Positions 62,468 to 64,000 of a stretch of 64,000 nucleotides of DNA are shown in pieces (within the stretch, counting starts at the first letter, position 1; each line of letters opens with the position of its first letter). A program made the position numbers and the translations under genes. Source of the stretch: Hyphochytrium catenoides (lineage: Eukaryota; Protista; Hyphochytriomycota); contig FLMG01000529.1 in the NCBI GenBank assembly GCA_900088475.1, positions 1 to 64,000 of the forward strand, written 5' to 3'. The notes under the pieces are model-generated. The model worked only from the letters and a program-made list of their open reading frames with translations. It was not told the origin of the DNA and searched no databases.

Positions 62468-64000
62468 ATGACTTGGAGAAGCTATTGCAGGGCTGTCGGG
62501 TTCTTGGGACTCTGCCTTCTACTGAACCTTGTCATGGTGTCTGTCATGGCTGACGACCCGGTGTCTTACAAGAAGGGAGATGAAGTAGCTGTTTTCGCTA
62601 ACATCGTAAGTCCTCTTCACCCTATCAGGCAACACGGTACTCATGTTAGAATGTACACTCCAGGTCGGTCCCATGTACAATCCGACGGAAACCTATCGGT
62701 ACTACGATCTACCCTTTTGTCCACCTGAGGAGATGATTAGTGATGAGCATGCCCTTGGAGAGCTTCTCACTGGATCTCGAAAGGTTTGGGTCCAACAAAG
62801 CTTCTCAGATCTTGGGCAATAGGCCGGCAGGGTGCCTTCCTTTCACCAACGGCCGAACTGCTGCCGTTTTCTTGACTCTGCGGTTCTTTACATCCTTACA
62901 CGCCCTTTTGCTGCCCTCCAGGTGAAGTCAAGGTATCATCTTCGTTACCTCATACCCAAGGAATTGGACTCCCTTTGTCAGAAGCAGCTTTCCGAAGAGG
63001 AGTTAGAAAAGTTCGCTGACGCACTGCGCCGCCAGTTTTACTTTGAACTCTTCGTCGATGAGCTCCCTTTGAGGGCGCCTCTTGGGGTTGCCGACAGGAA
63101 TTTAATCCAGTTCTTGGGCAAGAAGAAGAAGAATGAAAAGCTTGAAATCTATACACATCTGAACTTCCATATCGGGTATAACCAGGATAAGGTCGTTTTC
63201 GCAAACGTCAGCAGTGACCCTGGGCGCACCTACTTGCTAAGTAAGGAGAACTTGAAGAACTCTATTGACTTCACATACTCGGTAATGTGGAGCCCAAGTG
63301 AGCTTCAATGGGAGGATAGGATGGTTGCATACAACCAGGTAACAACAAACGTCCCACCTAGCAGTCGATCCTAGGGCTTGGCTCTCAGCGTTTCCCTCTG
63401 CCATCGGGACTCTGCGTCTTTCCGATCCCATCCTCGTACAGGGTCGGCTGATCGCCTCGAATTCAGAGATTCGGTGGCTGTCGGTAGTGAATGCCTTTAT
63501 TCTCGTCATGCTACTCACCCTGTTCCTAGCAGTTATTATGGTCAGGATTCTCAAGAACGACTTTGCTCGGTAAGTCCAGGGTCGCTTTAGCTTAAGCTGC
63601 CACCTTGAGCACCTTAGTTTATTTTTTTGACCTTTCTCCTCCCTTCTCACCTGCTTCTTCCAACGTCACACAGATTGGTTTCCTTTCTTTTTAGAATCGT
63701 CTCGTTTGCTCCTGTCCGTGCCATTCTGTCATTCCACCGTCGCCTTCTACATCTACTTATAGCTTCACCTTTCTTCGTTTGGTAGTAGTCACCCGGTCCC
63801 AGAAATCTCGTTTGCATCTTGGTTACGCAATCTCATGAACCTAAGATCCATCCCGCGTAACTCTTTACTTTTAGGTATATGGATCGCACAGATGACGATC
63901 TGGATAAAGACGAGTCTGGGTGGAAGTTGGTCCACGGTGACGTCTTCAGAATGCCTCCGAATCTCAACCTCTTTGCGGCTATGATTGGCACAGGAGCTCA
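62468..64000 (+). CDS. Transmembrane 9 superfamily (EMP70/nonaspanin) protein, truncated by the window end
   Basis: Signal peptide, YKKGDEVAVFAN, GPMYNPTETYRYYDLPFC, FYFELFVDELP, IYTHLNFHIGYN, IRWLSVVN, ILKNDFA, DESGWKLVHGDVFR. Confidence 0.95.

Noticed and set aside
1-64000. Alternative genetic code, programmed frameshifts or non-GT-AG introns to explain fragmented ORFs
   Set aside because: In the conserved genes I checked, breaks are explained by ordinary GT-AG introns. Most remaining ORF-track entries are antisense shadows.

Overview
Gene-dense, intron-rich eukaryotic (protist) genomic DNA, with no prokaryotic features. Short GT-AG introns with CTAA-like branch points and a Kintoun/DNAAF2 gene point to a flagellated protist; stramenopile-like is my inference. 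About 20 protein-coding genes can be reconstructed by hand, in order: a 4xCBS+TPR protein, mitochondrial-type threonyl-tRNA synthetase, a UBA-PDZ-UBA-PDZ-PP2A-A-like HEAT protein, RPL35, Sec61-gamma, 3-hydroxyisobutyryl-CoA hydrolase, an HMG-box protein, an RVxF-motif orphan, an EF-hand+LRR protein, DNAAF2, TMEM223, a ClC-1/2-type chloride channel, a DEAD-box helicase, an Nnf1/PMF1-like protein, a large helical/C2 orphan, a PWI-like protein and a TM9SF protein that runs off the window. There is also a decayed Ty1/copia region, several short tandem duplications and two assembly gaps. The most interesting signals are: (1) the CLC channel reads GKMGP after splicing, so its gating glutamate is replaced by Met; (2) a PP2A scaffold-like protein carries duplicated UBA+PDZ modules; (3) a CBS-TPR fusion that could be a nucleotide-sensing co-chaperone; (4) two copia RT fragments form an inverted repeat. 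I see no convincing multi-gene novel system. Exon boundaries are read manually and are approximate.
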